Origin: a virus
Lineage: Duplodnaviria > Caudoviricetes
Length of the DNA stretch: 29,718 nucleotides
IMG/VR virus record: IMGVR_UViG_3300032095_000017
Coordinates: 1-29,718 of that record
Reading direction: 5' to 3' (one strand)
The notes under the pieces are model-generated. The model worked only from the letters and a program-made list of their open reading frames with translations. It was not told where the DNA came from and made no database searches. The position numbers were made by a program, and so were the translations under genes. Positions 7,772-16,541 of this stretch are shown piece after piece. Numbering within the stretch: position 1 is the stretch's first letter; each line of letters starts with the position of its first letter.

Positions 7772-10002
7772 TGGATTTACAGCAATTTGAGCGACAGGCC
7801 GGGGTGAGTATCCCGGCCATTTTTGCCACCGCAAAAGCGCAAAACGACCTTAAACATGCCCAGCGTCACCTTGAGCGACTGCCGGATGATGTCGCGGCGA
7901 CCATGTTTCGCGAGTACATCGGCCGCTGGCGCCGGAACGAGCGCAGCGCCAATATTTGGCTGCGGCTCCGAGCTGCCGCCATCAGGGAAATGTTGACCCA
8001 GTTTCCGCTGCCAATCTGGCACATCAACACCGAAATACGCCGCGCCGCCATTGCCACCGAGTGGGCCGACCGTTGCCAGCGCCTGCTGAACAATGCCACC
8101 CAGTTTGGCCAGCAGCAGGTCGATGCCAAAGAGCTGCTGAACATAGTTAAGCAACCGGCCGACCAGTGGGGATTTTGCCCTGTGCTGCCGAGCTTCAAAA
8201 ACTACGACAGCAAAAAAGGCTGCGGCCAGTTTGACCGGGATCCAACCATGTACAACATGATTGCTGCCGCCATTGCCAGGCTGGTTGACGAAGCGTGGTG
8301 GGGCAGGCAACTGGAGAAAAGCTGGCGCCGATATCAGGAACATGCCGCCATTATCACTGGCCGGGTACGTGCCGGGGTTTCGCCTTATGTGTCTGCCCAA
8401 AGCCTGCGTGAATACAAACAGCGCAAACAGGCTGCCGGAGCGTGGCTCCACAGCAATTTTGTGATCAACGAAACCCACGGGCTGGAACTGCTGCTGGCTG
8501 ATGCCGTTGGCGCCAGTGTGGCCAACCCGGAAGTGCGTCGCGCCGAGCTGATGGTACGCATGCGCGGCTTTGAAGACTATGCCGAAGAAAACGGCTATGT
8601 GGGTGAGTTCTACACCTGGACTGCCCCGTCACGTTTCCACAGCTGGAAGAAATCAAAGAAAGGCCCCTGTTACGCCAATGGCCGTTACCGCGGCGCCAAT
8701 CCCAAAGACACCCAGGCTTACCTGTGCCAGCAGTGGGCCAAGACCCGCAGTAAACTGGCCCGGGAAGATGTCGACTTCTTTGGCTTTCGCGTGGTGGAGC
8801 CCCACCACGACGGCACGCCGCACTGGCACCTGCTGTTATTTGTGAAGCCCTCACAGCTGCGGCTGCTGCGGTCAATTATGCGCAGCTATGCCCTGGAACA
8901 TGACAAACACGACTTGGCCCCGGCCAAAGGCAAACGCGGCCCACGCTTCAGCGGCTACAGGCCGCGCTTCGACTTCAAAACCATTGACCCACAAAAGGGC
9001 AGCGCCACCGGCTATATCGCCAAATATATTGCCAAAAACATTGATGGTGCCTATGTCGCCGATGACTGGGAGGCAGAATCCAGCGGTAGCCATGGCGCAG
9101 AAGGTGTTACCGCCTGGGCCAGCACCTGGGGGATTAGGCAGTTTCAGCAAATTGGCGGCCCCAGCGTCACAGTTTGGCGAGAACTGCGGCGCCTGCGGGA
9201 GCCATGCGACTGGGACGACATTCTGGAAGATGCCCGCAGCGCAGCAGATACCAGCAACTGGCAGCGTTATGTCGAGGTAATGGGCGGCGCCTTCTGCCCA
9301 AGAGAATTGCGCCCGGTGCAACTGGCCAAAACCGTTAGCGAGCAGGCCAACCAATACGGCGAGGATGTGATCAAGATAATGGGCGTGCTTTCAAGCGAAA
9401 GCCACACCCCATTACACACCAGATTGGAAGGTTGGCAAATCTCAAGATATGGCCTCGGGCATGAAGGCGACACCGCTTTGCCAAGCGGCGACAGCCGCGC
9501 ACCTTGGAGTTCTGACAATAACTGTACGCAAGGATCCAAAGATCAAAAAAGGATCGGCAAATTGGAACAGGAAGCCGCCAAACTGGGGTTGGAGCCTGAA
9601 GATCTCGCGCTACTGCGCCATGGCTCGGTTATCAATAGCGGCGGAGTATTAATCAGCCTGCGCGACAACATGCTGCTGGTCAGCAAAGCCTCTGTCGCCG
9701 AGTCAGAACGGGCAGACGATTGGTCCACCATGGACAGCCACTTTGATGCCGCCGTTAAACACCACCACCAACAATGGCGCAAACAGCTGCGCGAACAGGC
9801 ATGGCAACTGCTGCAACATGGCGGTGATGTAGAGCAATGGATAGCCGGGTTGCCAAACCCGGATACCCAGCGCCTGGCGCTGGAGCAGCTGGCCGACGTT
9901 ATTGAGCTTGAGCGCATCGAGCGCCGGCAGCAGCAACACGCCGAACGCCAATATCAACAGCAAAAGTTCTGGGAGGATATCGAAGACGATGAACCTTTTT
10001 AA
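7771..10002 (+). CDS. A: Rolling-circle replication initiator gpA
   Basis: HUH motif EPHHDGTPHWHLL, catalytic GYIAKYIAKNIDG, and WGIRQFQQIGG. Confidence 0.95.
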   Translation: MDLQQFERQAGVSIPAIFATAKAQNDLKHAQRHLERLPDDVAATMFREYIGRWRRNERSANIWLRLRAAAIREMLTQFPLPIWHINTEIRRAAIATEWADRCQRLLNNATQFGQQQVDAKELLNIVKQPADQWGFCPVLPSFKNYDSKKGCGQFDRDPTMYNMIAAAIARLVDEAWWGRQLEKSWRRYQEHAAIITGRVRAGVSPYVSAQSLREYKQRKQAAGAWLHSNFVINETHGLELLLADAVGASVANPEVRRAELMVRMRGFEDYAEENGYVGEFYTWTAPSRFHSWKKSKKGPCYANGRYRGANPKDTQAYLCQQWAKTRSKLAREDVDFFGFRVVEPHHDGTPHWHLLLFVKPSQLRLLRSIMRSYALEHDKHDLAPAKGKRGPRFSGYRPRFDFKTIDPQKGSATGYIAKYIAKNIDGAYVADDWEAESSGSHGAEGVTAWASTWGIRQFQQIGGPSVTVWRELRRLREPCDWDDILEDARSAADTSNWQRYVEVMGGAFCPRELRPVQLAKTVSEQANQYGEDVIKIMGVLSSESHTPLHTRLEGWQISRYGLGHEGDTALPSGDSRAPWSSDNNCTQGSKDQKRIGKLEQEAAKLGLEPEDLALLRHGSVINSGGVLISLRDNMLLVSKASVAESERADDWSTMDSHFDAAVKHHHQQWRKQLREQAWQLLQHGGDVEQWIAGLPNPDTQRLALEQLADVIELERIERRQQQHAERQYQQQKFWEDIEDDEPF
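9497..9528 (+). other. Replication origin (gpA nick site) inside gene A
   Basis: GCGCACCTTGGAGTTCTGACAATAACTGTACG closely resembles the P2/186 ori (GCGCCTCG/GAGTCCTGTCAATAACTGT). Confidence 0.8.
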
Positions 10003-10231
10003 TCTGATGCCGGCGGCAGACCGCGAACGCTACCAACAGGCCCAGCAGCAAACCCGTGAACACCTGGAACGCTGGAAGCGCTGCAAGGCCAAGTTGGATG
10101 GCTTCAACCGCAAACAAATAGTGGCCTGGCTAGACCGCTTACCGATTGATGAGCGTGAAAAGTGTCGCACCGTACTCAACAACATAATGGCGGCCCGTAA
10201 GGCCAAAGAGCAACAACAGAGGGAAGCATGA
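9989..10231 (+). CDS. Hypothetical protein
   Basis: ATG at 9989 with ggagg upstream; overlaps the gpA stop and is coupled to the next gene. Confidence 0.6.
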   Translation: MNLFNLMPAADRERYQQAQQQTREHLERWKRCKAKLDGFNRKQIVAWLDRLPIDEREKCRTVLNNIMAARKAKEQQQREA

Positions 10232-10494
10232 AAATCACAGCTAACCTGCTGACAACTGTAACTATCACACCGACAGAACAGGATCGCATTGTCCGGGAGC
10301 GTCTGGCTCAGTTACTGGGGCTTTCAGCCTCAGAGCTGGGCGATCTCAGTCTTAAAGATGGAAAGCTACTGATGGAAGACTGGCACTATCACAGTAGTAC
10401 TACCAGAGTGTTGCGTGATGCCACCCCGCTAGATCAATCCGTGATCACTGTGCTGTCTGCCATGACTAAAGGTTATTCTGGCACGATGAGCTGA
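10228..10494 (+). CDS. Hypothetical protein
   Basis: 88-aa ORF with ATGA overlap. Confidence 0.7.
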   Translation: MKITANLLTTVTITPTEQDRIVRERLAQLLGLSASELGDLSLKDGKLLMEDWHYHSSTTRVLRDATPLDQSVITVLSAMTKGYSGTMS

Positions 10495-10528
10495 ATTAGA
10501 TTCTAAGAAAAATTAACGAATAAAAAAC

Positions 10529-10557
10529 TTGCAATTGGTCGCAATTGCGACCATAAT
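10529..10557 (+). promoter_or_regulatory. acr-aca2 operon promoter with palindromic Aca2 operator
   Basis: TTGCAA (10529-10534), 17-bp spacer, CATAAT (10552-10557), A-rich upstream; perfect palindrome TGGTCGCAA/TTGCGACCA at 10536-10553. Confidence 0.88.
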
Positions 10558-10566
10558 AAATTCAAC

Positions 10567-10610
10567 GGTTCGGCAATGGGTCGAACCAACTCAGCAAAGT
10601 GAGATAAAAA
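10567..10610 (+). promoter_or_regulatory. Double stem-loop 5' leader, copy 1 (putative Aca2 RNA-binding motif)
   Basis: GGTTCGGC-aatgg-GTCGAACC, aa, CTCA-gcaaag-TGAG, ataaaaa, then ATG. Confidence 0.8.
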
Positions 10611-10964
10611 ATGACTAAATCAGAAATATTCAAAGCAGCACACGAAATGGCTCGCGGCACTGTTAAAGCCGTTGGCAACTACACAGTAGCGTTTCAATTA
10701 GCTTTAAGCACAGTTCAAAACCATCTTAAGAACGGTGTTGGCGAGATAGCTCCTGTTGACCGCTCTAACCGTTATGCTAAGCGAGTTCGTCTTGCCCCTG
10801 TTTATACTGCCACAATGGTTGCCAAATACATTAAAGAGAATTCACGCATGCTTCGCGTTTTTACTTCACTAACTGCTTATAACGAAGAGTTCAAAGCTGG
10901 CAAGGTTGGCAAGTTCTGGGTAGACGCAAAGCATGATGGATTCTTGGCTTACGAATACTTTTAA
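10611..10964 (+). CDS. Candidate anti-CRISPR/anti-defence protein 1 (117 aa)
   Basis: First gene after the Aca2-operator promoter, upstream of aca2; small, AT-rich, no recognised domain. Confidence 0.7.
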   Translation: MTKSEIFKAAHEMARGTVKAVGNYTVAFQLALSTVQNHLKNGVGEIAPVDRSNRYAKRVRLAPVYTATMVAKYIKENSRMLRVFTSLTAYNEEFKAGKVGKFWVDAKHDGFLAYEYF

Positions 10965-10965
10965 T

Positions 10966-11009
10966 GATTCGGGATTGGCTCGGATCAACTCAGAAAAGTG
11001 AGATAAAAA
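10966..11009 (+). promoter_or_regulatory. Double stem-loop 5' leader, copy 2 (putative Aca2 RNA-binding motif)
   Basis: GATTCGGG-attgg-CTCGGATC, aa, CTCA-gaaaag-TGAG, ataaaaa, then ATG; same length as copy 1 with compensatory stem changes. Confidence 0.8.
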
Positions 11010-11279
11010 ATGGAAAATTTAAAATTCAAATCATCAACAATGGGTCTGATGGCTTCGCACAAAAATATGTCGACATGCAAACTGGTTCGCGTTGAATTTT
11101 ATGAAAAAAATGATGGAAGCATATTGCTTAAGGCGGTAAGCGGTCACTCATTGAACACTATAAAATCTATCGCATTCGTTACAATACCTCGCAGTGAGTA
11201 CGCCGACAGGCCTTACGACTATTACGATGATGCAGTTGAAGCAATTTGGGCATTCGGAAAGCTCGGGCTAGAAATTTAA
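11010..11279 (+). CDS. Candidate anti-CRISPR/anti-defence protein 2 (89 aa)
   Basis: Immediately upstream of aca2 with its own leader copy; acidic/aromatic C-terminus (EYADRPYDYYDDAVE); no recognised domain. Confidence 0.72.
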   Translation: MENLKFKSSTMGLMASHKNMSTCKLVRVEFYEKNDGSILLKAVSGHSLNTIKSIAFVTIPRSEYADRPYDYYDDAVEAIWAFGKLGLEI

Positions 11280-11283
11280 AATC

Positions 11284-11304
11284 AAGGGGCTTATGCCCCT
11301 TTTT
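11284..11304 (+). terminator. Intrinsic terminator between the candidate acr genes and aca2
   Basis: AAGGGGC-ttat-GCCCCTT followed by further Ts. Confidence 0.7.
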
Positions 11305-11318
11305 ACGGAGTTTAATTT

Positions 11319-11678
11319 ATGACTAACAACGAACTAAAGCAGCTTAGGCGCTTACTGTTTCTCGAAGTTAACGAGGCGGCCAAATTGATCGGTAACTGTG
11401 AGCCTCGCACCTGGCAACGCTGGGAAAAAGGTGATCGCTCTATTCCTGCTGATATCATTCAAACTGTCCAGATGCTGGCTTTAACGCGAATGGATCGTTT
11501 GCAGGTAGACATTGATGACCAAAGCCCTAACTACCGTTATTTCGACAGATTTTCCGATTATAAAGCAGCTGGAGGTGCTGGAAACGAGCTGATGTGGCGT
11601 TTGGCTCAATCAGTAGCAACTGAAGTGCTATGCGAAAGAGAGTCGGACCAGTGGCGGGAAGAAGAAACGATTAATTAG
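11319..11678 (+). CDS. aca2: Anti-CRISPR-associated repressor Aca2 (YdiL/DUF1870 HTH family)
   Basis: MTNNELKQLRRLLFLEVNEAAKLIG...RTWQRWEKGDRSIP...WRLAQSVA matches the Aca2 signature (MTNxELxxxRxLLxLxVxEAA...W..WE.G...P...WRL.QSVA); RBS ggag. Confidence 0.9.
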   Translation: MTNNELKQLRRLLFLEVNEAAKLIGNCEPRTWQRWEKGDRSIPADIIQTVQMLALTRMDRLQVDIDDQSPNYRYFDRFSDYKAAGGAGNELMWRLAQSVATEVLCERESDQWREEETIN

Positions 11679-11697
11679 AAATATCGCTCTTATCAAA

Positions 11698-12006
11698 TCA
11701 ACCATCACACTCGCCGGGCAGCAGCTCGGCAATGGCCTGCAGGTGGCGGCAAATCTTCTGCTTGTCTGCCTGGCTCAAAATCGCCAGCGGCTCCTGCGGG
11801 CTGTAGTCCAACAAATCACGCAAGCGCATATCCAACGCATCGGCAATCGCCATTAACACGCTGAGACGCATATCATAGCCACGCTCAATCTTGCCTATGG
11901 TTCGGCTACTGACGCCAACCGTATCCGCGAGTTGAGTCTGTGTCATTTTCATTTTTTTCCGTTGGTTTCCAATCCGTTGGCCAATCAGATCAAAGCTGAT
12001 GGTCAT
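11698..12006 (-). CDS. XRE-family HTH transcriptional regulator
   Basis: IGQRIGNQRKKMKMTQTQLADTVGVSSRTIGKIERG...LMAIADAL is a canonical HTH_3 pattern. Confidence 0.85.
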   Translation of the reverse strand: MTISFDLIGQRIGNQRKKMKMTQTQLADTVGVSSRTIGKIERGYDMRLSVLMAIADALDMRLRDLLDYSPQEPLAILSQADKQKICRHLQAIAELLPGECDG

Positions 12007-12148
12007 TCGTCACAAATCTGCTGAGTAAGAAGAGTTTTTCCTAAAGGATAGGTCAAAAGGGACTATTTTTGCCGAATTCAAACAATAGACTTGGATATTA
12101 TCAGGCGTGCGGTAACAGGATTTGCTGTTAAATTAAGGAGTTGTATAA

Positions 12149-12346
12149 ATGTGCATATTGATTAGGCAAATGGATTTAGTCATAAGAGCAATTGAATGCA
12201 ATGCGTCAGCGGACGATAAAGAAACCGCCATCAGCTTGATGGCGGCGATAGTCAAAAACGGTTGTGAAGGGTGCGAACTTAAAACCGCAATTCCTGTTGC
12301 AACTGCTTGCGCGCCTCGGGTGGTAAGGCCCTCACCAACTCAATGA
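12149..12346 (+). CDS. Small protein resembling the phage 186 Tum antirepressor N-terminus
   Basis: RBS taaggag; LIRQMDLVIR...DDKETAISLMAAI aligns by eye with Tum (IERVEMIAR...DREIALNLIAEI, recalled from memory). Confidence 0.5.
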   Translation: MCILIRQMDLVIRAIECNASADDKETAISLMAAIVKNGCEGCELKTAIPVATACAPRVVRPSPTQ

Positions 12347-12527
12347 CCAGATTACTGGCAGAGCGGGAACTGGGGCTTAGAGTGTGGCTGAAACTGAGAT
12401 TAACCACAAAAGTATGGCCACACTCTGCATCGGTGCAGCTACAATACAAATCAGCATGCACCAATGACAAACGATTGGTTTTGCTGATCCTGGCCCGTTG
12501 GCCACAGGTTGGACACATTACCCGCAT
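12279..12527 (-). CDS. ogr: Ogr/Delta zinc-finger late-gene activator
   Basis: CPTCG...LYCSCTDAECGHTF...SHTLSPS. Confidence 0.92.
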   Translation of the reverse strand: MRVMCPTCGQRARISKTNRLSLVHADLYCSCTDAECGHTFVVNLSFSHTLSPSSRSASNLVIELVRALPPEARKQLQQELRF

Positions 12528-12562
12528 TCCGATCTCCCCATCGAAACAAGCACTAATGCAAC

Positions 12563-12596
12563 AGTTTACGCCAGGGTACTGTTTTTTTAAACAGTG
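12563..12596 (-). promoter_or_regulatory. Putative ogr promoter overlapped by a LexA (SOS) box
   Basis: taCTGTTTTTTTAAACAGtg (CTG-N10-CAG, 12579-12594); on the minus strand TTTAAA (12591-12586), 17-bp spacer, TAAACT (12568-12563). Confidence 0.6.
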
Positions 12597-13639
12597 CTGC
12601 CACCTTCTTGCAAATCAAACTTCAGTTTAACCGCCTGAGGCACCTCGGGATCCCTATCAACCGCGTCGCGCATTTCCATTAACAGCGCCTTGGTTTCGGT
12701 GCGGAAATACACCTCTTCATAGGTTTGCGGGTTGCCGAAGCCGGCCGTGTTGCTGGGGATAATCCCAGCCAGCCCGGGCGGGAAACGGTGAGCGTTAAGC
12801 ACATCCTGAGCGCTGACGTTTTTCACGTTCATAAACTCATCTTTCGACTCGAAGTTACCAACGGGGATGATTTGAATCCCTTTCTCTTTGCCGTTGGGAA
12901 TATTCACAAACAGTGAGCGGAAGTTACCCACCCCTTTGCTGTCCTGAATCTTTTGCTTTAGCTCTTCCTCGGTTTCCGGGTCCAGGTTGGGATCTGTGGC
13001 ATACATGATAAAGCCCATGTGCGCGCCGTTGATGTAGTATTTACGGCGGAACATAGTCGCGTCTTCATTCAGCAGTGCCGCCTGCAAGCCGCCCAAGTAG
13101 TCGGGGCAGCCGTATACTTGCTGAACCGTGTCATACTGGCGCACCCAAATAATATTGCGCGCCTTGTAAACCCGTTTCTCGTTATTGGCTTCAAGCACCA
13201 CGGCGCCGCCGTCACGGCTGACTCGAGTACGATAACTCGGCAGCGGGAACAGCCGCAGCACCCGCCCGAAACCGTCGCGGATCTTCAAAAGCGCCACATC
13301 GCCAAAGGTGATGTGATTCAAAAATGCCGCCTTGACCTCCTGCGCCGTCATACCGCCGCCTTGATAACGGGCCGCCGCCATATTGGCGCGACTCTGGATA
13401 ATACCGCCGTGCTGGGCATTTTTCCTCGGCAGTTTCGCCAGCAGCTGCCGGTCAACAGGTGGCTCCCAATAGCCGTTGTTTTCGTCAAACCACAGGCTGT
13501 CGTAATCTGTTAGCCACTGATTGGGATCCATGGTTTCCGGCAATGAAAACACCACAGTGCCATTGTCACGCTGGCTGTCAGGGGCCGCTTGTTGTTGATG
13601 AAAGCGGCGGCCTTTGGATTTTACGCGGCGAGAGCCCAT
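12587..13639 (-). CDS. Q: Portal protein (PBSX family, P2 gpQ)
   Basis: [36 protein letters not shown] and [13 protein letters not shown]. Confidence 0.95.
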   Translation of the reverse strand: MGSRRVKSKGRRFHQQQAAPDSQRDNGTVVFSLPETMDPNQWLTDYDSLWFDENNGYWEPPVDRQLLAKLPRKNAQHGGIIQSRANMAAARYQGGGMTAQEVKAAFLNHITFGDVALLKIRDGFGRVLRLFPLPSYRTRVSRDGGAVVLEANNEKRVYKARNIIWVRQYDTVQQVYGCPDYLGGLQAALLNEDATMFRRKYYINGAHMGFIMYATDPNLDPETEEELKQKIQDSKGVGNFRSLFVNIPNGKEKGIQIIPVGNFESKDEFMNVKNVSAQDVLNAHRFPPGLAGIIPSNTAGFGNPQTYEEVYFRTETKALLMEMRDAVDRDPEVPQAVKLKFDLQEGGSTV

Positions 13640-15405
13640 GTTGATTTTCCTTTGTGAGAATGGTTAAGGGGTTCATTGATCACCGCATGGGCAATCGCAA
13701 AGAAGATATCGGCATGGCCGGTGGCGTTGTCGCGTCCGGCCTGAAAGGTAATCGCGTTACCGCTGCCGGTACTGGTGCGCCGAATGGCAAGGCAACTCAT
13801 GGCAATATCTTTGTGCTCGGCATCCCAGCTCAGGCGGTGGCCTTCGATAAGTTCAATCATCTTCAGCACCAATCGGGTTTTACTGGTCACACTGTAGTGA
13901 ATGGCGTGAGCCTCACGGGGATACAGTGAGCTGATAAGGTCAAATACCCCGGCGCCGATCCCCGTGGTATCTACCCCGATATAGGTTACCCGGTAGCGTG
14001 AAAACACCTTTTGGATCTCGGCCACATGGTGCTGAAAGTTCAGCCCGCGCCAGTGGTGTTTTTCCAGAATGCGGAACATCTCACCGGCTACCTTGGGTGG
14101 TGCCACCACGGCCAGCGTGGCATTGTCGCGGGTGCGGCTGGGGTCATAGCCCAACCAAACTTCACCATTGCCGAAGGGTTGCGGCTGTTTCGGCTTGAAA
14201 TCACTCCAGTGGGCAGCATCTACCGCGCAGCGCTCCAGGTCGCTGAATTTGAATATCGCATCGGCACTATCAACAAACATGCACATAAACAGGTTGTTGA
14301 AGTCCTGGTCGTTGTATTCATCGCGCAGCTCGTCAATATCAAACAGATCACAACCACCGGCCGCGGCATCCTCAATGGTGACCACATAACGCCACTGCCT
14401 GTCAGGACACAGCCGGCCGCCATCGCGCAGATCATCGAATGGCGGAAACTCCACTGCTTCCCGCTCGGCTTTGCCCTGGCGCCAGTGATCGCCGGTCCAG
14501 AACGGATAGGCTTGATGTTCCTTACTGGATGGGGTTGAAAAGTAGGTCTTGCGCCACTTCTTGTGGGTGGCCATTGCCGATGCCAGCTTGTTGAGCTCGT
14601 TAAACTTGCCAATCCAGAAGTATTCATCAATGTACACATGGCCATGGTATGACTGCGCCGTCTTGGAGTTGTTGGACAAAAAACGCAACTCGGCATCGCC
14701 GTGGGCGGTATGCAGCACAATCGGGTTACCGGTGAGCTCAATTTCAAAAAACTCTTGGGCAATGGCCACGATATAAGAGCGGAACACCTCGGCCTGGGCG
14801 CGGCTGGCCGACAGGAATATTTGCGGATCCCCGGTCAGCGTGGCCTGCTCGAACGCTTCACCGGCAAAGTAATAGGTGGCCCCAATCTGGCGCGACTTGA
14901 GAATGTTGCGAATGCGCTGATGCAGATTCGCATGCATGGTTTTTTGGTACTCAAACAGGGTGTCATGCCAAGCGGCAAAGTCGTCAGCAGTAAGATGGCT
15001 GACATCATTCTTGCGCCTGCGCCCCTTCCTGGCGCGCGAACCGTCGCCGCCATTGCTACGGTTATCGGGGCCACCGGCGTCGTGTTTGACTGTGGCCGCT
15101 GCAACTTGCTTCTTTTCCGCCTCGGCCCGCTGCTTCTTCAGCTTCACATGCTTTTCAATCAGCATGTCCAGCTCTTTAATTTGATTGCCGGTTTTGTCGC
15201 TGATATCAGCCAGCAGCACAATACGCCTGGCAATCGCCTCGTCTACTTCTTCCTCGCGCAGCATATCGCGCCAACAGTATTTGTCGGCCCAGTAGTAAAC
15301 GATACGTGCAGCGGGCAAGTTCAGCTCAGCGCGGATCTCGTCCGGCGACCAGCGCCGCAAATACAGGCGTTTTGCCGCCTCGCGAATTTCAGGAGAATAG
15401 GCCAT
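13621..15405 (-). CDS. P: Terminase ATPase subunit (P2 gpP)
   Basis: [10 protein letters not shown] Walker A, YIDEYFW Walker B, GYDPSR and HADIFFA. Confidence 0.95.
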   Translation of the reverse strand: MAYSPEIREAAKRLYLRRWSPDEIRAELNLPAARIVYYWADKYCWRDMLREEEVDEAIARRIVLLADISDKTGNQIKELDMLIEKHVKLKKQRAEAEKKQVAAATVKHDAGGPDNRSNGGDGSRARKGRRRKNDVSHLTADDFAAWHDTLFEYQKTMHANLHQRIRNILKSRQIGATYYFAGEAFEQATLTGDPQIFLSASRAQAEVFRSYIVAIAQEFFEIELTGNPIVLHTAHGDAELRFLSNNSKTAQSYHGHVYIDEYFWIGKFNELNKLASAMATHKKWRKTYFSTPSSKEHQAYPFWTGDHWRQGKAEREAVEFPPFDDLRDGGRLCPDRQWRYVVTIEDAAAGGCDLFDIDELRDEYNDQDFNNLFMCMFVDSADAIFKFSDLERCAVDAAHWSDFKPKQPQPFGNGEVWLGYDPSRTRDNATLAVVAPPKVAGEMFRILEKHHWRGLNFQHHVAEIQKVFSRYRVTYIGVDTTGIGAGVFDLISSLYPREAHAIHYSVTSKTRLVLKMIELIEGHRLSWDAEHKDIAMSCLAIRRTSTGSGNAITFQAGRDNATGHADIFFAIAHAVINEPLNHSHKGKSTWALAA

Positions 15406-15602
15406 CAGGGTCACATTGATTCAAACGTGGCCCCAGTCTACCCGCCGAAAACACCCTCATAACTGACTAAATTTCCGCGCAATTCTGATTAAACCCCATA
15501 TCCGAATTCGCCGGAACCTAAGCAGGTGCCGCCATAGATTTGTGCCGTTATTCTGCCCGCAGCAATGGGTCTACACCGACCATCATCAACCGGACAGAAC
15601 AC

Positions 15603-16502
15603 ATGCCAAAAGAAACAGGCTGGGTAAGAGTTGCCACCGAAGGCGCCACCATAGACGGCCGCACCATCAGCAAACAGTGGATTGAAGACATGGCGGCCCA
15701 GTATTCGCCAGATGAATATACCGCGCTGATCTGGCCTGAGCATTTCCGTTCATCCTGGGGCCCGTTTGAGGGCAAAAACTGGGGCGAAGTGCTGGAACTC
15801 AAAGCCGCCAAACAAGACGGCAAAACCCGCCTGTTTGCCAAGCTGCGCGCCAATGATTTGCTACTGGCCGCCAACAAGGAAGACCAAAAACTGTTTACCA
15901 GTATTGAGCCAAACCCGGATTACAAGGGGTTGGGCAAGTGTTACCTGATGGGCCTGGCCGTGACCGACTCCCCCGCGTCAACCGGCACCACCCGCCTGAA
16001 ATTCTCAATCGGTGAAACATTGCATGATTGCGAATACAGCGGCCTGGAAACCCTCGACCCCAAAGATTTTTTGAGCAGCGCTGCACCATCAGAACAGGGC
16101 CTGTTCAACTTATTGAAAAACTTCTTTTCAACGCCAGCAGCGCCGGAAGAGGCCAAAACTCCCACCAAGGAAACCACCATGGATCAAGAACAGTATGACG
16201 CCCTGATGGGCAAAATAGACGGCATTGCCTCAGCGCAAAACGCACTGGAAGGCAAGTTTGCCGAGTTCAGCAAAAAGCCCACTGACGATCAGCAAACCAC
16301 AGTGGATGACGGCAAGGACAAAACCACCCAAGTACCTGGCGCCGGTATCACCGAAGAGCAGTTCAACAGCGTGATCAGCAAGATTGACGCTATCGCCAGC
16401 AATCAAACCAAGCTGACGGAAGACTTCAATGCACTGAAGCAAGAAGTGCCGGGGCAAGAGCCAGACCCGGAAGGCCAAGGCAGCACATTCCGCGCAGTGT
16501 AA
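15603..16502 (+). CDS. O: Capsid scaffolding protein/protease (P2 gpO)
   Basis: VATEGATIDGRTI and YLMGLAVTDSPASTGT; ATG at 15603. Confidence 0.93.
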   Translation: MPKETGWVRVATEGATIDGRTISKQWIEDMAAQYSPDEYTALIWPEHFRSSWGPFEGKNWGEVLELKAAKQDGKTRLFAKLRANDLLLAANKEDQKLFTSIEPNPDYKGLGKCYLMGLAVTDSPASTGTTRLKFSIGETLHDCEYSGLETLDPKDFLSSAAPSEQGLFNLLKNFFSTPAAPEEAKTPTKETTMDQEQYDALMGKIDGIASAQNALEGKFAEFSKKPTDDQQTTVDDGKDKTTQVPGAGITEEQFNSVISKIDAIASNQTKLTEDFNALKQEVPGQEPDPEGQGSTFRAV

Positions 16503-16541
16503 ACCGCGCGGCGACATTCATTCTTTAAGAGAGAGACCATT

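Noticed and set aside
10567-11009. CRISPR mini-array, solitary-repeat RNA anti-CRISPR (Racr) or integron attC sites
   Set aside because: Only two copies, 399 bp apart; no resemblance to I-F/I-E repeats or attC R boxes; fixed spacing to ATG fits a translational leader.
11698-12346. Toxin-antitoxin pair or R-M controller
   Set aside because: Genes are divergent, and no toxin or nuclease motif is seen nearby.
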